A stretch of DNA of 64,000 nt. Source: a candidate division FCPU426 bacterium. GTDB taxonomy: Bacteria; Oederibacteriota; Muellerivitia; Muellerivitales; Muellerivitaceae. The stretch is from assembly GCA_963830915.1 (NCBI GenBank), contig CAWHOE010000051.1, positions 119,945-183,944 of the forward strand. The letters are read 5' to 3'. A program made the translations under genes and the position numbers. Each line of letters begins with the position of its first letter. Position 1 is the stretch's first letter. Shown in pieces: positions 39,355-50,549 of the stretch. The notes under the pieces are model-generated. The model did not search any database and was not told the origin of the DNA. It saw nothing but the letters and a program-made list of their open reading frames with translations.

Positions 39355-39581
39355 GAAAACTAAGCGTTTCACACTAAATAAACCTTTACAATTCCAGGAC
39401 ATACTTTTAAACTTTTAAAGCTTTTCTCCAGAAATCGTTTCCGGATTGATTGAGAAATGCGGCCTATCTTGGGGTTGATCGCTTTAGTGGGACTTTGGGA
39501 ATTCCATTTTTAATCATAAAGCCAAATCGAGAAGAGGCTAGATTCCGATTCCCGATTTGATGTTATGTAACGGAAATTGAT

Positions 39582-39659
39582 GGTGGGAGTAGCTCAATTG
39601 GTTAGAGCGCTTGGCTGTGGCCCAGGAGGCTGCGGGTTCAAGTCCCGTCTCTCACCCCA
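39582..39659 (+). tRNA. tRNA-His(GTG)
   Basis: Encoded G-1:C73; CTTGG-CT-GTG-GC-CCAGG; CCA end. Confidence 0.96.
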
Positions 39660-39710
39660 TTATTGGTAGTAGTATTTGCAGAATTCTTGGGTTGGATCGG
39701 TTGGGAGGAT

Positions 39711-39787
39711 GCGCCTGTAGCTCAGTTGGATAGAGCGACAGATTCCGGATCTGTAGGTCAGAGGTTCGAGCCCTCTCAGGCGTACCA
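39711..39787 (+). tRNA. tRNA-Arg(CCG)
   Basis: ACAGA-TT-CCG-GA-TCTGT; CCA end. Confidence 0.96.
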
Positions 39788-39797
39788 TAATTAAATT

Positions 39798-39873
<76 letters not shown>

Positions 39874-39968
39874 TTTTTCCTAATTCCATGTTCCTTTGGA
39901 AATGTATTTTCCCTTTTATCGCAGTTTCTAGTCGATTCAAGTATGGGATTTTGCAGGAGAATTCAAAC

Positions 39969-41177
39969 ATGGCTCAAATGGGTTCTACAAAGGAATACAA
40001 AAAGCCATTTGTGTCCATCATTATTCCCGTTTGTAATGCAGAGAGAACGATAGAAGAAACATTTGTTTATCTTTTTGGGGGGATTTCCTCAGCGGGAAGA
40101 AATATATCTGGACTAAAATATCCAGCAAATAAGATGGAAGTAATCGTTGCATATGAGGAAAGTAAAGATAATACATTTGAAGTATTAAAGAAATGGCAAA
40201 AAATCAATAAACGGATCATCTTGATCCCGGTGAAGAAATGTAATTCTCTTGGCCGAGTAAGGAATGCAGCTTTAAAAAAATCAAAAGGGGATTATGTCCT
40301 ATTTACAAATGGCGATTGTGCTCCGAATTCAAATTGGGTTGAAAAAATATTGGAGCCATTCTTAAGCGATCCGAAAATTGGAATGGTTGGTGGCGAAATT
40401 TACACCTTAAAATTTTACCCTTTGAACAAAATCGAACAATATTGTGAACAAATTGGTTTTCAGTCTGTGGGAGATAGGATGGGGAAGAAATCAGGAGGAT
40501 ATTACCCTAGGGTTCATGATGGTCGTCCACATGAAGTGAACGGAAGCAAGGACTCCCCTTTTTTCGAGTGTGCCAACGCTGCAATTTCAAGGAAAGTGTT
40601 AAAGGCTATTGGTGTTTGTTTTTGGGGTGAAAGTACCGGTGAGGATGTGGATTTTTCACTCCGAGTAGGAAGGTCCGGGTTTAGACTTTACTTTCAACCG
40701 GAAGCTATTGTTAAACGGGTTCAACAATATAGTTTGAAACTGTTTTGTCAACAGTTGTGGTTGAATAGCTTTGGACATCCTTTATTGATAAGGACACATG
40801 CGAAACGCGCTTTGGAAATAAGACTACAACTTTTCGGGGAGCATTCTTTTGTGATCCCTTTCCCATTTCAAACCCTGATTTATTGGGGTGATTTCCATTT
40901 TATGCATTTGTTCGGTTTCTTTGCTTTTATCAGAACTATCTTTCTTTCCGCTCAGGGTTACAATCCGCCTGGTTCGGTCATCTCGGGGGTCTTAGGCCTT
41001 TGGTGCCTTTTTATTGTTTTTTTCGTCAAGTACTTTATGCCAGTGCTCCGAATCCAACCAGCTTCGGAATTTATTTATTGGAGTTGGATCCGATACCGTT
41101 CTAATCTAGCCATGCTCATGGGTGGTCTTAGAGGATCCTTTTCGTTCAAGAGGTTTTATTTGGAGTCGAGCTGTTAA
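39969..41177 (+). CDS. GT2 family glycosyltransferase with C-terminal TM segments
   Basis: VSIIIPVCNAERTI, RNAALKKSKGDYVLF, GEDVDFSLR; ATG 39969 after SD AGGAG. Confidence 0.85.
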   Translation: MAQMGSTKEYKKPFVSIIIPVCNAERTIEETFVYLFGGISSAGRNISGLKYPANKMEVIVAYEESKDNTFEVLKKWQKINKRIILIPVKKCNSLGRVRNAALKKSKGDYVLFTNGDCAPNSNWVEKILEPFLSDPKIGMVGGEIYTLKFYPLNKIEQYCEQIGFQSVGDRMGKKSGGYYPRVHDGRPHEVNGSKDSPFFECANAAISRKVLKAIGVCFWGESTGEDVDFSLRVGRSGFRLYFQPEAIVKRVQQYSLKLFCQQLWLNSFGHPLLIRTHAKRALEIRLQLFGEHSFVIPFPFQTLIYWGDFHFMHLFGFFAFIRTIFLSAQGYNPPGSVISGVLGLWCLFIVFFVKYFMPVLRIQPASEFIYWSWIRYRSNLAMLMGGLRGSFSFKRFYLESSC

Positions 41178-41209
41178 GTAGTTAATTCATTTAGATAAAG
41201 AGAGGAAAT

Positions 41210-43549
41210 ATGCGTTACGGTTACTTTGATGTCCCAAATAAAGAGTATGTTATCGAGCGCCCGGACACACCTGTTCCTTGGATGAACTATCTTCATAACG
41301 ATGAATATTGCGCGCTTATTTCAAATAACGCGGGTGGCTATAGTTTTCATCTTTCCGCTCGTGATAAACGTATTTTGAGGTACCGTTTAAATAATATCCC
41401 GGTGGATCGACCGGGCAGATACATTTACATAAAGGATGAACAGACTAAAGATTATTGGTCCGCGACCTGGCAACCTGTGTTGAAAGACCTTTCAGAATAC
41501 AAGACGGAAACAAGGCATGGGTTCGGTTACACAAATGTTACCTCTACTTACAAAGGTATTACTTCAGAGACCCTTTATGTTGTCCCGATTGATGACAACC
41601 TTGAGTTGTGGCAAGTCAGTTTGACCAACAGAACCGGCCAACCGAAACAACTTACCTTAACTTCTTACGCGGAATTGTGTCTCTTCTTTGCTCAGAATGA
41701 CATGATAAATTTTCAATACACATATAACATCGCGAGATGTTTTGAAAAAAACGGCATTATTCATCACACGACGATGGTAGAAAATGCCGGTCATTATGCT
41801 TTTTTTACAGCCGATAAAAAGTTCAATTCTTACGATTGCGATCGGGAAAAATTTATGGGTCTATACCATTCGGAAGCTAATCCGAAGGCCGTATTGGATG
41901 GTAAGTGTTCTGGATCAACAGCCAATGGCGGAAATCCAGTCGCCGCTACGACTATACCCATATCTTTAAAACCAGGAGAAACTAAGACAATTACATACAT
42001 ATTGGGAGTCGCTTCTTCCATTGCTGCCGGCGCCAAATTGGCGGCCAAATATAGAAAACCTGGTTCTGTAGCAAAAGTGATGAAAGACGTGAAAAAACAT
42101 TGGGAAGAAAAACTAAATTCTTTGCAGGTTCAGACTCCGGATAAAGATGTAAATCTTTGTTTGAATCAATGGAATGCTTATCAAATTCATACAACATTCA
42201 GTATGTCCCGCGGACCTTCTATATATGAAGGAGGCATCGGACGCGGAATGGGATTCCGGGATAGTAATCAGGATGTTTTAAGCGTCATTCATAGTGTGCC
42301 TAATAAGGTTAAAAAACTGATTACTGACCTTGCCAAAAATATGTTCAAGGACGGGACAGCCTATCATCAATTTTTCCGCTTAACAGGTGAGGGGGATGGA
42401 AAAGGATATTCAGATGATCCGCTTTGGATAATTCTTTCCACCACCGCATACGTTAAAGAAACGGGTGATTTTAAATTCCTGAATGAAAAAGTTGATTGGG
42501 CAGATGGTGGTTCCGCAACTATGTATGAACATTTGAGGGCGCCGCTGGAATACACTTATAGAAATATAGGTAGCCATAAAATCCCTTGTATGGGTTTTGC
42601 GGATTGGAATGATACCCTTCAGATCAATGGGCCAAAACCTGGTGAAAGCGTTTGGGTAGCTGAGTTCCTGGTTAAATGCGCAAAAGATTTTGTGGAATTA
42701 GCAGAAACCTTAGGGAAAAAAGCAGACGCTCAAAAATACAGGAAAATGGCATCAGAAATGAGCGGTCGAACCAACAAAGTGTGCTGGGATGGTGATTGGT
42801 ATGCGATGGCTTTTGATGGATGGGGAACGATGCTTGGATCAAAGAAACAAAAAGATGGTAAAGTTTATTTAAACACACAAACCTGGGCCGTGATTTCGGG
42901 AGTCGCCGATCAAAAAAGAGGGGAAGTTTGCATGGATGCGGTCAATAAATATTTGGATTCCAAATATGGGATCGCGTTGATGTTCCCCGGTTTTAAACAT
43001 TTCAGCCCGAGATTAGGCGGAGTAAGCACATTTCCGCCGGGTTTGAAAGAAAACGGCGGCATATTTTCCCATGCAAATCCATGGGCGGTTATAGCCGAAA
43101 CCATGCTAGGTCGTGCTGATATCGCGATGAAATACTACAAACAGTTACTTCCTACAACCAAAGATCAGATTCAGGACGTACATAAAGCGGAGCCTTATAT
43201 TTACGCCCAAGCAATCGCGTCCCAGGAACATCGAGATTTTGGTTTTGCAAGGAATTCTTGGTTAACGGGAGCTGCAACATGGAACTATGTCGCGGCAACA
43301 CAATTCATTCTAGGGATTAGACCTGCTTATTCAGGACTAATGGTCGATCCCTGCATACCCAAGGAATGGGGAAAGTATGAAGTCATTCGAAAATTCCGGG
43401 GGACTACATACCATATCGTTGTTAAGAATCCCAAACATGTTAGTCGGGGTGTTAATTCAATTTCAGTTGGAGGAAAGAAAATTACGGGGAATATAATACC
43501 TCCTCAACGCTCTCCAAAAACTGTTGAAGTCGAAGTCGTTTTAGGTTGA
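41210..43549 (+). CDS. GH94 glycoside phosphorylase (cellobiose/chitobiose phosphorylase-like)
   Basis: MRYGYFD, GRGMGFRDSNQD, ADWND, KENGGIFSH, NSWLTG. Confidence 0.95.
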   Translation: MRYGYFDVPNKEYVIERPDTPVPWMNYLHNDEYCALISNNAGGYSFHLSARDKRILRYRLNNIPVDRPGRYIYIKDEQTKDYWSATWQPVLKDLSEYKTETRHGFGYTNVTSTYKGITSETLYVVPIDDNLELWQVSLTNRTGQPKQLTLTSYAELCLFFAQNDMINFQYTYNIARCFEKNGIIHHTTMVENAGHYAFFTADKKFNSYDCDREKFMGLYHSEANPKAVLDGKCSGSTANGGNPVAATTIPISLKPGETKTITYILGVASSIAAGAKLAAKYRKPGSVAKVMKDVKKHWEEKLNSLQVQTPDKDVNLCLNQWNAYQIHTTFSMSRGPSIYEGGIGRGMGFRDSNQDVLSVIHSVPNKVKKLITDLAKNMFKDGTAYHQFFRLTGEGDGKGYSDDPLWIILSTTAYVKETGDFKFLNEKVDWADGGSATMYEHLRAPLEYTYRNIGSHKIPCMGFADWNDTLQINGPKPGESVWVAEFLVKCAKDFVELAETLGKKADAQKYRKMASEMSGRTNKVCWDGDWYAMAFDGWGTMLGSKKQKDGKVYLNTQTWAVISGVADQKRGEVCMDAVNKYLDSKYGIALMFPGFKHFSPRLGGVSTFPPGLKENGGIFSHANPWAVIAETMLGRADIAMKYYKQLLPTTKDQIQDVHKAEPYIYAQAIASQEHRDFGFARNSWLTGAATWNYVAATQFILGIRPAYSGLMVDPCIPKEWGKYEVIRKFRGTTYHIVVKNPKHVSRGVNSISVGGKKITGNIIPPQRSPKTVEVEVVLG

Positions 43550-43575
43550 AGGGATTCACTAGATCAGAGGCTTTG

Positions 43576-43604
43576 TTGACAGCCCTCTGATCTAGTGCTA
43601 TAAA
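43576..43604 (+). promoter_or_regulatory. sigma70 promoter for spoVS, embedded in a 14 bp inverted repeat
   Basis: TTGACA-17-TATAAA with extended TG; IR at 43557-70 and 43584-97. Confidence 0.7.
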
Positions 43605-43647
43605 AAGCCTGGTAAACGTATTAGTGCGGGAGCAGAAGGAGCCGTGC

Positions 43648-43929
43648 TTGGCTGCGATCATGACGCTAAAAGTTGCTGCTAAAAGTAATCCCTCCACCGT
43701 GGCTGGCGCTATTGCGAATAATGTTCGTGATGGTAAAAGTGTTGAAATTGTCGCCATGGGGCCGGAGAGTATCAACAACACCGTGAAAGCTATTGCCATT
43801 GCGAGGGGTTTTCTCAGAGGTGATGGGATGGACGCCAATTTCAAACCGGAATTCATCCATTTGACCATCGATGGAGAGAAAAAGAGCGCCATAAAGTTCT
43901 TGCTGACCATCGAAAAAAACACTAAGTAA
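43648..43929 (+). CDS. spoVS: SpoVS family protein
   Basis: LKVAAKSNPSTVAGAIA...VKAIAIARGFL; TTG start after SD AAGGAG. Confidence 0.9.
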   Translation: MAAIMTLKVAAKSNPSTVAGAIANNVRDGKSVEIVAMGPESINNTVKAIAIARGFLRGDGMDANFKPEFIHLTIDGEKKSAIKFLLTIEKNTK

Positions 43930-43945
43930 TCTTTGGTTTTTTTCT

Positions 43946-43982
43946 AAACCTCGGTCATTAACAGGCTGGGGTTTCTTTTTTT
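43946..43982 (+). terminator. intrinsic terminator after spoVS
   Basis: AAACCTCGGTC...GGCTGGGGTTT (with G-U pairs) plus T run. Confidence 0.6.
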
Positions 43983-44001
43983 CTGACCATAGATGAACCT
44001 T

Positions 44002-44078
44002 GGGCGAATAGCTCAGCTGGTTAGAGCACCTGCTTTACACGCAGGGGGTCACAGGTTCAAATCCTGTTTCGCCCACCA
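44002..44078 (+). tRNA. tRNA-Val(TAC)
   Basis: CCTGC-TT-TAC-AC-GCAGG; CCA end. Confidence 0.97.
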
Positions 44079-44168
44079 TTTAAAAGTCTTATTGTGGATT
44101 ATCTTGTTTTTTTGAGGTTTTTCGCTAAAATTGCCTACTCGTGAGATGACTAGAAGTTGCTTGGGATT

Positions 44169-44244
44169 GGGGGCGTAGCTCAGCTGGGAGAGCACTTCCA
44201 TGGCATGGAAGGGGTCGTGGGTTCGATCCCCATCGCCTCCACCA
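44169..44244 (+). tRNA. tRNA-Ala(GGC)
   Basis: G3-U70; CTTCC-AT-GGC-AT-GGAAG; CCA end. Confidence 0.96.
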
Positions 44245-44382
44245 TTTCTCATTTAATTTGATGGAGATCTTTTTTAAATGATGGATGAACAATCCCAAAT
44301 GTAACTGATTTTCTGTTTTTTATCCCTTCCCCCATTGGTATTCACAACCTCTTTTTTTGATTCCGTGATTCTTTAAAGGTCC

Positions 44383-47030
44383 ATGAAAAAGAATACCGAA
44401 AATTACGTTGGCGCGCTTAACCGCAACAGTAATATATTTCTCCTTTGGTCCTTTTTCTGCATTGCCCTATTTCTTTGGAAAATCCCGCTTAATCTGATCC
44501 GAGATTTTCATTCACAAGTAAACTCCATTTTTGCTCAAAATTACAAATTAGAAATATTTATAGATGTATGGAGAGATCATTTTTTATTGTTTTGCTCGTT
44601 CGTGATGACTTTTTCTGTTTTTATGGGGACTGGGGAATATTTTTTAGGCTTAATTCATTCAAAACCACTTAATGGATTGGAGATCTGGATAAATTCCTTG
44701 GCGTTAGGCTGGCTTTTCTGGGGTTTGGTTGCCCAAGGATTCTGTTTAGAAGGGGTATTTTATCCTTCGTTTTTGAAGATCTGTGTTTTAACAGGCTTCT
44801 TTTTTTCTTGGTGAAAGATAGAAACCGGGCATTCTTCCGATGTTGGCCACCCATCGAAATTTATTCCTCTCCTTTATTTGTAACAATACCGCTTCTACTA
44901 ATATTTTCATTAAGCCTATTAAATTTAATGGCGCCTGAAATGAGCTGGGACGCAATGAATTATCAACTCCAACTTCCGAAGTGTTATTTTAGGGAACACG
45001 GATTTTATTCTGTTACTGGTTTGTTCCCTTATCATTACCCTGGTTTTGTACAGATGCTTTTTTCTTTGGGTTTGTTGTGGGGCAATGATTCATTGGCTAG
45101 ATCCTTCTCTTTTTTGGGACACATTGGGGCAGCAATATCTTTGGTAGTAATTGGGAAAAAACTAGGGAATGAAAAGGCAGGTTATATTTCAGCGATTATT
45201 TATTGGGCTTTCCCATTTTTAAATATTTTGTCCACGAGAGGTTATGTGGATCTAATTTCAGGTTTTTATGGGATTTTAGGTCTTGGTATTTTTCTGGCCC
45301 AAGGGAACTCAAAACAAATTAAGGAAGTAACCAACGGTAATAAAATATGCAATCCAGAATGTTTTATCGCCTTAATATCTTTAAGTGTCCTATGGGGAAT
45401 GAAATATAACGCTGTCGCTTATTGGATGGCCGGTTTACTGATTTTAGTTAGTTATATTATTGATCACAAACTTATTAAAATCCCTAAGTGGTTTTGGCTC
45501 TGTTGTTTTATTTTCCCTTTTTTGTTTTACCTCCCTTGGGGACTAAAGAATTATTTTTATACTAGAAATCCATTCTTCCCTTATTTTGCAAAATTAATAT
45601 CCACATTCGATTGGAATAACTTTGATCAAAAAGCGTATTCGATTAAGTTCCACATCGAAGGTCTTAAAGGATTATTGAAATTACCTAGTTTAATATGGAA
45701 TATATTTTTTGATCATTATGGTGGCGCGCCCAATGAAGATATTAGTCTTTGTTTTTTGATTTTTGCGCCCTTGATTTATGAAAAGAGAGTATTTGAGAAC
45801 TGGCAAAAGGCGGCATGGATAGGATTTACAACCCCTGTGTTTTTATGGCTTGTCACGAGTCATCAATTACGTTTAATCGCTCCGTCGATTGGTTTGTTGG
45901 CCTTGATTCTCGGATTCAGCTTTGTGAGAGTTTCGTCTCTTGACTTGGTTTGGAGGAAAAAAACAACGGTAGTTTTGACGGTTTTACTTTGGCTGAATTG
46001 TTTTTATCTTTTTCAAGGATTGTTAAATCAACCCAATCCCATTCCCGTATGTTTAGGCGTGAAATCAAAAGAACAATTCCTTTCGGAAATATTGCAGCCA
46101 AAAGGTTATGTACAAGTGGCGGATATATTGAATAAAGAATTGCCGAAAGATTCCCGGATTATGATTTTGGGCCAGTTGAATGGGTACTACATTGATCGCG
46201 TTTCTATATTTGATTTTGACTATACGTATCCTGTTTTTAAAAAATGGATCGATGATTCAAAAACGCCAGAAAACTTGTATGTGAATTTCAAAAGAAATGG
46301 ATATGACTATTTACTTTATAACAGTAATGGGATGATTGGTTCGGCAATAAGGACCGATGAATTGGGTATAAATAGATATCAATGGAGCGAGGAAGAACTC
46401 CACAACTATGAAAAATGGTTCCTTAAATATACTGTAAAAATGCCGATCCCAATAAACAATGGATATTCTTTATACAAAATTATCCCAAGAGAGGGGTGTT
46501 CTTCATTTCCTGAATTCATCCCTGGGACCGAGCTAATTTATTTAAAAAGCATTCAGAAGCTTCAAGGTTATTCTCGTTTAGACGCGATCGTAGGCAAAAA
46601 CATATCGCCCGAAGTTTACCAACAGACATATAAAAATGTTTCTGATGAACATCCAGGATTAGGTTATCCGTTGTTCCAATATTCTTTTGCGCTTCTGTCC
46701 GAAAACGCCAATTTAATCCCTCGGGCAATGGCTTATGGATTGAAAGGATACAAACGCAATGGCGATTTATCCAGTTGGTTAACATTACAAGGAGATACGG
46801 CCCTAATACAACGAGAGTATTCATGCGCTGAAAAACTGTTAAAAAAAGCTCAAGAAATAAGTCCGGAACGAGATGATGTCGCTAGAAATTTGGCTTTAGT
46901 TTATTATTGTGAACACGATTATTTGAGAGCGGTGAATGAGGCTGACATGGCGGTTTCTCTTGCGCCTTATTCTTTGGATTATCAACAAACAGCTGAAAAA
47001 ATAAAGGCGTTTTCAAAAAATAATAGATAG
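44383..47030 (+). CDS. polytopic membrane protein, GT-C/PMT-like glycosyltransferase with C-terminal TPR; split at the T7 run 44800-44806
   Basis: WDAMNYQLQLP, YVD, PWGLKNYFYTRNPFFP patterns; ORFs 44383-44814 and 44808-47030 join with one extra T. Confidence 0.65.
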
Positions 47031-47037
47031 AGGGAAA

Positions 47038-48186
47038 ATGATAACCAGGGAAGAGCTGGAAAAAACTGAAATGCAAAATCTTGTTCCTTACGCACAAAAA
47101 TCCTGCGAAAGCAAAGGAAAACAATATCCTGAAACGGAACACCCCTATAGAACCTCATTTCAAAGGGACCGGGATAGGGTTATTCATTCCTCAGCTTTTC
47201 GTCGACTTCAATATAAAACCCAGGTTTTCGTAAATCACGAAGGTGATTATTATCGAACCAGAATAACCCACACGATGGAAGTGGCCCAAATTGCCCGATC
47301 CATCGCGGTATCCCTTGGGTTAAATCAAGATCTTACAGAAGCGATCGCTTTGGCCCATGACCTTGGCCACACTCCATTCGGTCATTCCGGTGAAAAGGTT
47401 CTGAATGAGATCATGAAGAAAGATGGCGGCTTTGAGCATAACGCTCAGAGTTATCGAATTGTTTCCCAGTTAGAGGATAAATATCCTTCTTTTAAAGGAT
47501 TGAATCTTTCATTTGAAGTCCTGGAGGGGGTTGATAAACACAGAACCCGATATGATCGTCCCAATACCGATCATGGGGATCAATACACGCTGGAAGCCCA
47601 AATTGTGGATCTTGCCGATGAGATAGCCTATACATCCCATGATATTGATGATGGTCTAACGTCTGGCCTTTTGGAATTCGAAGGGTTAAGCGACATCCCG
47701 TTTTGGAAAAGGAACTTTGAAAAGGTAAAGGAACGTTATCCCGGTTTAAATAAAGAAAAAATGAAATATCAAGTTGTTAGGGAAATGATCAATGAGCAAG
47801 TAACCGATCTTTTGACCGAAACGGTAAACCGCATCCAAAGATTCGGTATTAATTCCGTAGCGTCTGTTCGCCATTGCCCTGAAGAGTTGGCGGCCCTATC
47901 GCCCGCTTTCAAACAACAGCATTTGGAAATGAAAAAATATCTATATCAAAATATGTATCGTCATTACCGCGTGACCCGAATGGAATCAAAGGCCAATAAA
48001 GTTATCCAGGACCTATTCAAACTCTATGAGGAGAATCCTGATATCCTTCCGAACAATACCCGGGGCAAAATCAAAAGCAAACAAGATCCACTCCGAAGGA
48101 TCATTTGTGATTATATCGCTGGGATGACCGACAGATTCGCGATCGAGGAACACGCGAAATTAACGGAACCATCGCTTAGAGTTTGA
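47038..48186 (+). CDS. dgt: deoxyguanosinetriphosphate triphosphohydrolase-like protein
   Basis: FQRDRDRVIHSSAFRRLQYKTQVF, HDLGHTPFGH, DYIAGMTD. Confidence 0.96.
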   Translation: MITREELEKTEMQNLVPYAQKSCESKGKQYPETEHPYRTSFQRDRDRVIHSSAFRRLQYKTQVFVNHEGDYYRTRITHTMEVAQIARSIAVSLGLNQDLTEAIALAHDLGHTPFGHSGEKVLNEIMKKDGGFEHNAQSYRIVSQLEDKYPSFKGLNLSFEVLEGVDKHRTRYDRPNTDHGDQYTLEAQIVDLADEIAYTSHDIDDGLTSGLLEFEGLSDIPFWKRNFEKVKERYPGLNKEKMKYQVVREMINEQVTDLLTETVNRIQRFGINSVASVRHCPEELAALSPAFKQQHLEMKKYLYQNMYRHYRVTRMESKANKVIQDLFKLYEENPDILPNNTRGKIKSKQDPLRRIICDYIAGMTDRFAIEEHAKLTEPSLRV

Positions 48187-48243
48187 AAGATCAGTCCGCT
48201 ATTATTGACATTTCTCGTTCAATATTCGGAATTTTGCGGCTTG

Positions 48244-48272
48244 TTGACAGCCCTCTTTTTTGACATTAATAT
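48244..48272 (+). promoter_or_regulatory. sigma70 promoter candidate for the arg operon
   Basis: TTGACA-17-TAATAT. Confidence 0.55.
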
Positions 48273-48282
48273 GCCTAAGAAT

Positions 48283-48318
48283 AAAGTCTCCGTAAGCGAT
48301 GCTCACGGGGACTTTTTT
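48283..48318 (+). terminator. terminator hairpin between dgt and argD
   Basis: AAAGTCTCCGTAAGC-GAT-GCTCACGGGGACTTT plus TTT. Confidence 0.75.
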
Positions 48319-48400
48319 CATTTGAGACAAAAAATGATGGTTGATTGGTTTTGATGGTTGATCTTGGGACCAATGCACATCATGGAAATGGCGTGTTATC

Positions 48401-49603
48401 ATGGAAACCTTTCAAATCATTCAAGCTGGGGATGATTATCTTCTCCCAGTATATAACCGACAAAAAATCGTTCTCATGCGAGGCGAAGGCACTCATGTTT
48501 ATGACTCTGAAAGAGTCGTTTATCTTGATTTCTTCTCAGGCATAGCGGTCAACGGTTTGGGACAAGCTCATCCCGATGTTGTCAATGCCATCATCGAGGA
48601 AACAAAAAAACTTGGGCATGTTTCGAATTACTATTACAACGAACCAAATGTAAAATTGGCTAAATTGCTTTGTGAAGTATCCTTCGCTCAGAAAGTCTTC
48701 TTTTGCAATTCGGGAACAGAGGCTGTTGAGGCTGCGATGAAGTTATCCAGGAAATATTTCAGAAGACTGGGTCAAGACCGTTTTGAGATCATCAGTTTTT
48801 ATAATTCATTCCATGGCAGGACCTTTGGGGCTCTTTCCGCCACCGGGCAAGTGAAATATCAAGAAGGATTGGACCCTCTCCTGCCGGGTGTAAAACACGC
48901 GACTTATAACAATATAGAAAGTGTTAAAAAGTTGATCGGGGATAAAACCGCGGCGGTACTCGTGGAAACGATCCAATGCGAAGGAGGCATCAAACCGGCG
49001 GATGTGAAATTCCTTCAGGAACTAAGGGCCATCACTAAAGATGCCGGGATATTCCTCATCCTTGATGAAGTGCAAACAGGATTGGGCCGGACCGGCAAAA
49101 TGTGGGCTTATGAGCATTATGGAATTGAACCGGATATGATGACTTCGGCTAAGTCGCTTGGGGGCGGATTGCCGATGGGCGCTCTTTTGGTCACTAATCA
49201 AGCGGCTCAAGGTTTTAAAGCGGGCGACCACGCTTCAACTTTTGGTGGAAATCCCATCGTTAGCGCCGCCTCGATCGCGACCATTGAATGCATCATTGGC
49301 AAGGATTTGATCCCCCACGCCGCAAAAGCCGGTGAATACCTGAAACAATGTTTGCAAGGTATCCAAAAAGAGAATCCCAATCTATTTGCGGAAGTAAGAG
49401 GGATGGGATTGATCCAAGGGTTGGAAATGACCCGAAAGGCCGCATCGCTCGTTTCCTTGTGCGCGAAACATGGTCTTCTTATCGGATCGGCAAACGAAAA
49501 CGTCATTAGATTTCTTCCGCCCTTGATCATCACTAACCATGAGATCGATCAAGCCATGGAAAAGTTAAAACAAGCCATTTTGGATGAATTGAAATCATCC
49601 TAA
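48401..49603 (+). CDS. argD: acetylornithine aminotransferase
   Basis: FCNSGTEA, SFHGRT, DEVQTG, SAKSLGGG, HASTFGGNP. Confidence 0.93.
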   Translation: METFQIIQAGDDYLLPVYNRQKIVLMRGEGTHVYDSERVVYLDFFSGIAVNGLGQAHPDVVNAIIEETKKLGHVSNYYYNEPNVKLAKLLCEVSFAQKVFFCNSGTEAVEAAMKLSRKYFRRLGQDRFEIISFYNSFHGRTFGALSATGQVKYQEGLDPLLPGVKHATYNNIESVKKLIGDKTAAVLVETIQCEGGIKPADVKFLQELRAITKDAGIFLILDEVQTGLGRTGKMWAYEHYGIEPDMMTSAKSLGGGLPMGALLVTNQAAQGFKAGDHASTFGGNPIVSAASIATIECIIGKDLIPHAAKAGEYLKQCLQGIQKENPNLFAEVRGMGLIQGLEMTRKAASLVSLCAKHGLLIGSANENVIRFLPPLIITNHEIDQAMEKLKQAILDELKSS

Positions 49604-49613
49604 AGGATCCTTT

Positions 49614-50549
49614 ATGTCCAAATCTTTAAGACATTTATTGACCTTGGAGGAATTTACAAGAGAAGAGATATTGAAACTATTATCCTTGGCCAAAAAAATC
49701 AAGGAATACCCATCGAGGTACCAAAAGAGCCTTGAAGGTCAATCTTTGGCGATGATTTTTGATAAGAGCTCCACACGGACAAGGGTTTCGTTCGAGGTGG
49801 GAATAGCCCAATTAGGGGGAAGAGGCATATACCTGAATGGCAATGATCTTCAGTTGGGCAGGGGCGAGACCATTTCCGATACGGCGATGGTTTTATCCAA
49901 ATATGTTCAAGGGATCATGATAAGGACCTATGCCCACAAAACGGTAATAGAGTTAGCTGAGGCCTCAACCGTGCCGGTGATCAATGGATTGACGGATAGC
50001 CATCATCCGTGCCAGATACTTGCTGATTTTCAAACCATTCTTGAACATTACAAGTCCCTGAAAGGTTTAAAGATGGTGTTCGTAGGAGATGGCAACAATG
50101 TGGCGCATAGTCTAATGATCGGAGCCGCGAAAGTAGGCATGGATTTTACCTTGGTTTGCCCAATGGGTTATGAACCACTGCCCGCGATCTTGGAATATTC
50201 CATGATGGAAGGGAAAAAGAACGGCTGCAGGATCGAAATGACACATCGGGTTAAAGGATCGATAAAAAACGCATCGGTGGTTTATACGGATGTTTGGACC
50301 AGTATGGGGCAGGAATCCGAGAAGAAAAAACGGTTAAAGGCATTCAAGGGTTTCCAAGTAAATGAAGATTTGATGATGGAATCTTCCAAAGCTTTATTCC
50401 TCCATTGCCTTCCGGCGCATCGAGGTGAAGAAGTAAGCGCTGGCGTCATTGACGGTCCACAATCGAGGGTTTGGGATCAAGCGGAGAACCGATTGCACGC
50501 TCAAAAAGCGATCATGGTGACATTGATGGGTACGAAAGGTAAGAAATGA
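49614..50549 (+). CDS. argF: ornithine carbamoyltransferase
   Basis: STRTR, HPCQ, DVWTSMG, HCLP. Confidence 0.97.
   Translation: MSKSLRHLLTLEEFTREEILKLLSLAKKIKEYPSRYQKSLEGQSLAMIFDKSSTRTRVSFEVGIAQLGGRGIYLNGNDLQLGRGETISDTAMVLSKYVQGIMIRTYAHKTVIELAEASTVPVINGLTDSHHPCQILADFQTILEHYKSLKGLKMVFVGDGNNVAHSLMIGAAKVGMDFTLVCPMGYEPLPAILEYSMMEGKKNGCRIEMTHRVKGSIKNASVVYTDVWTSMGQESEKKKRLKAFKGFQVNEDLMMESSKALFLHCLPAHRGEEVSAGVIDGPQSRVWDQAENRLHAQKAIMVTLMGTKGKK

Noticed and set aside
43648..43929. spoVS as evidence of sporulation
   Set aside because: SpoVS occurs in many non-sporulating lineages and no other spo genes are in the window
44049..44252. 67 aa minus-strand ORF
   Set aside because: Antisense to tRNA-Val and tRNA-Ala
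48271..48354. Arg-rich attenuator leader peptide for the arg operon
   Set aside because: The short ORF from 48271 has one Arg codon and no SD
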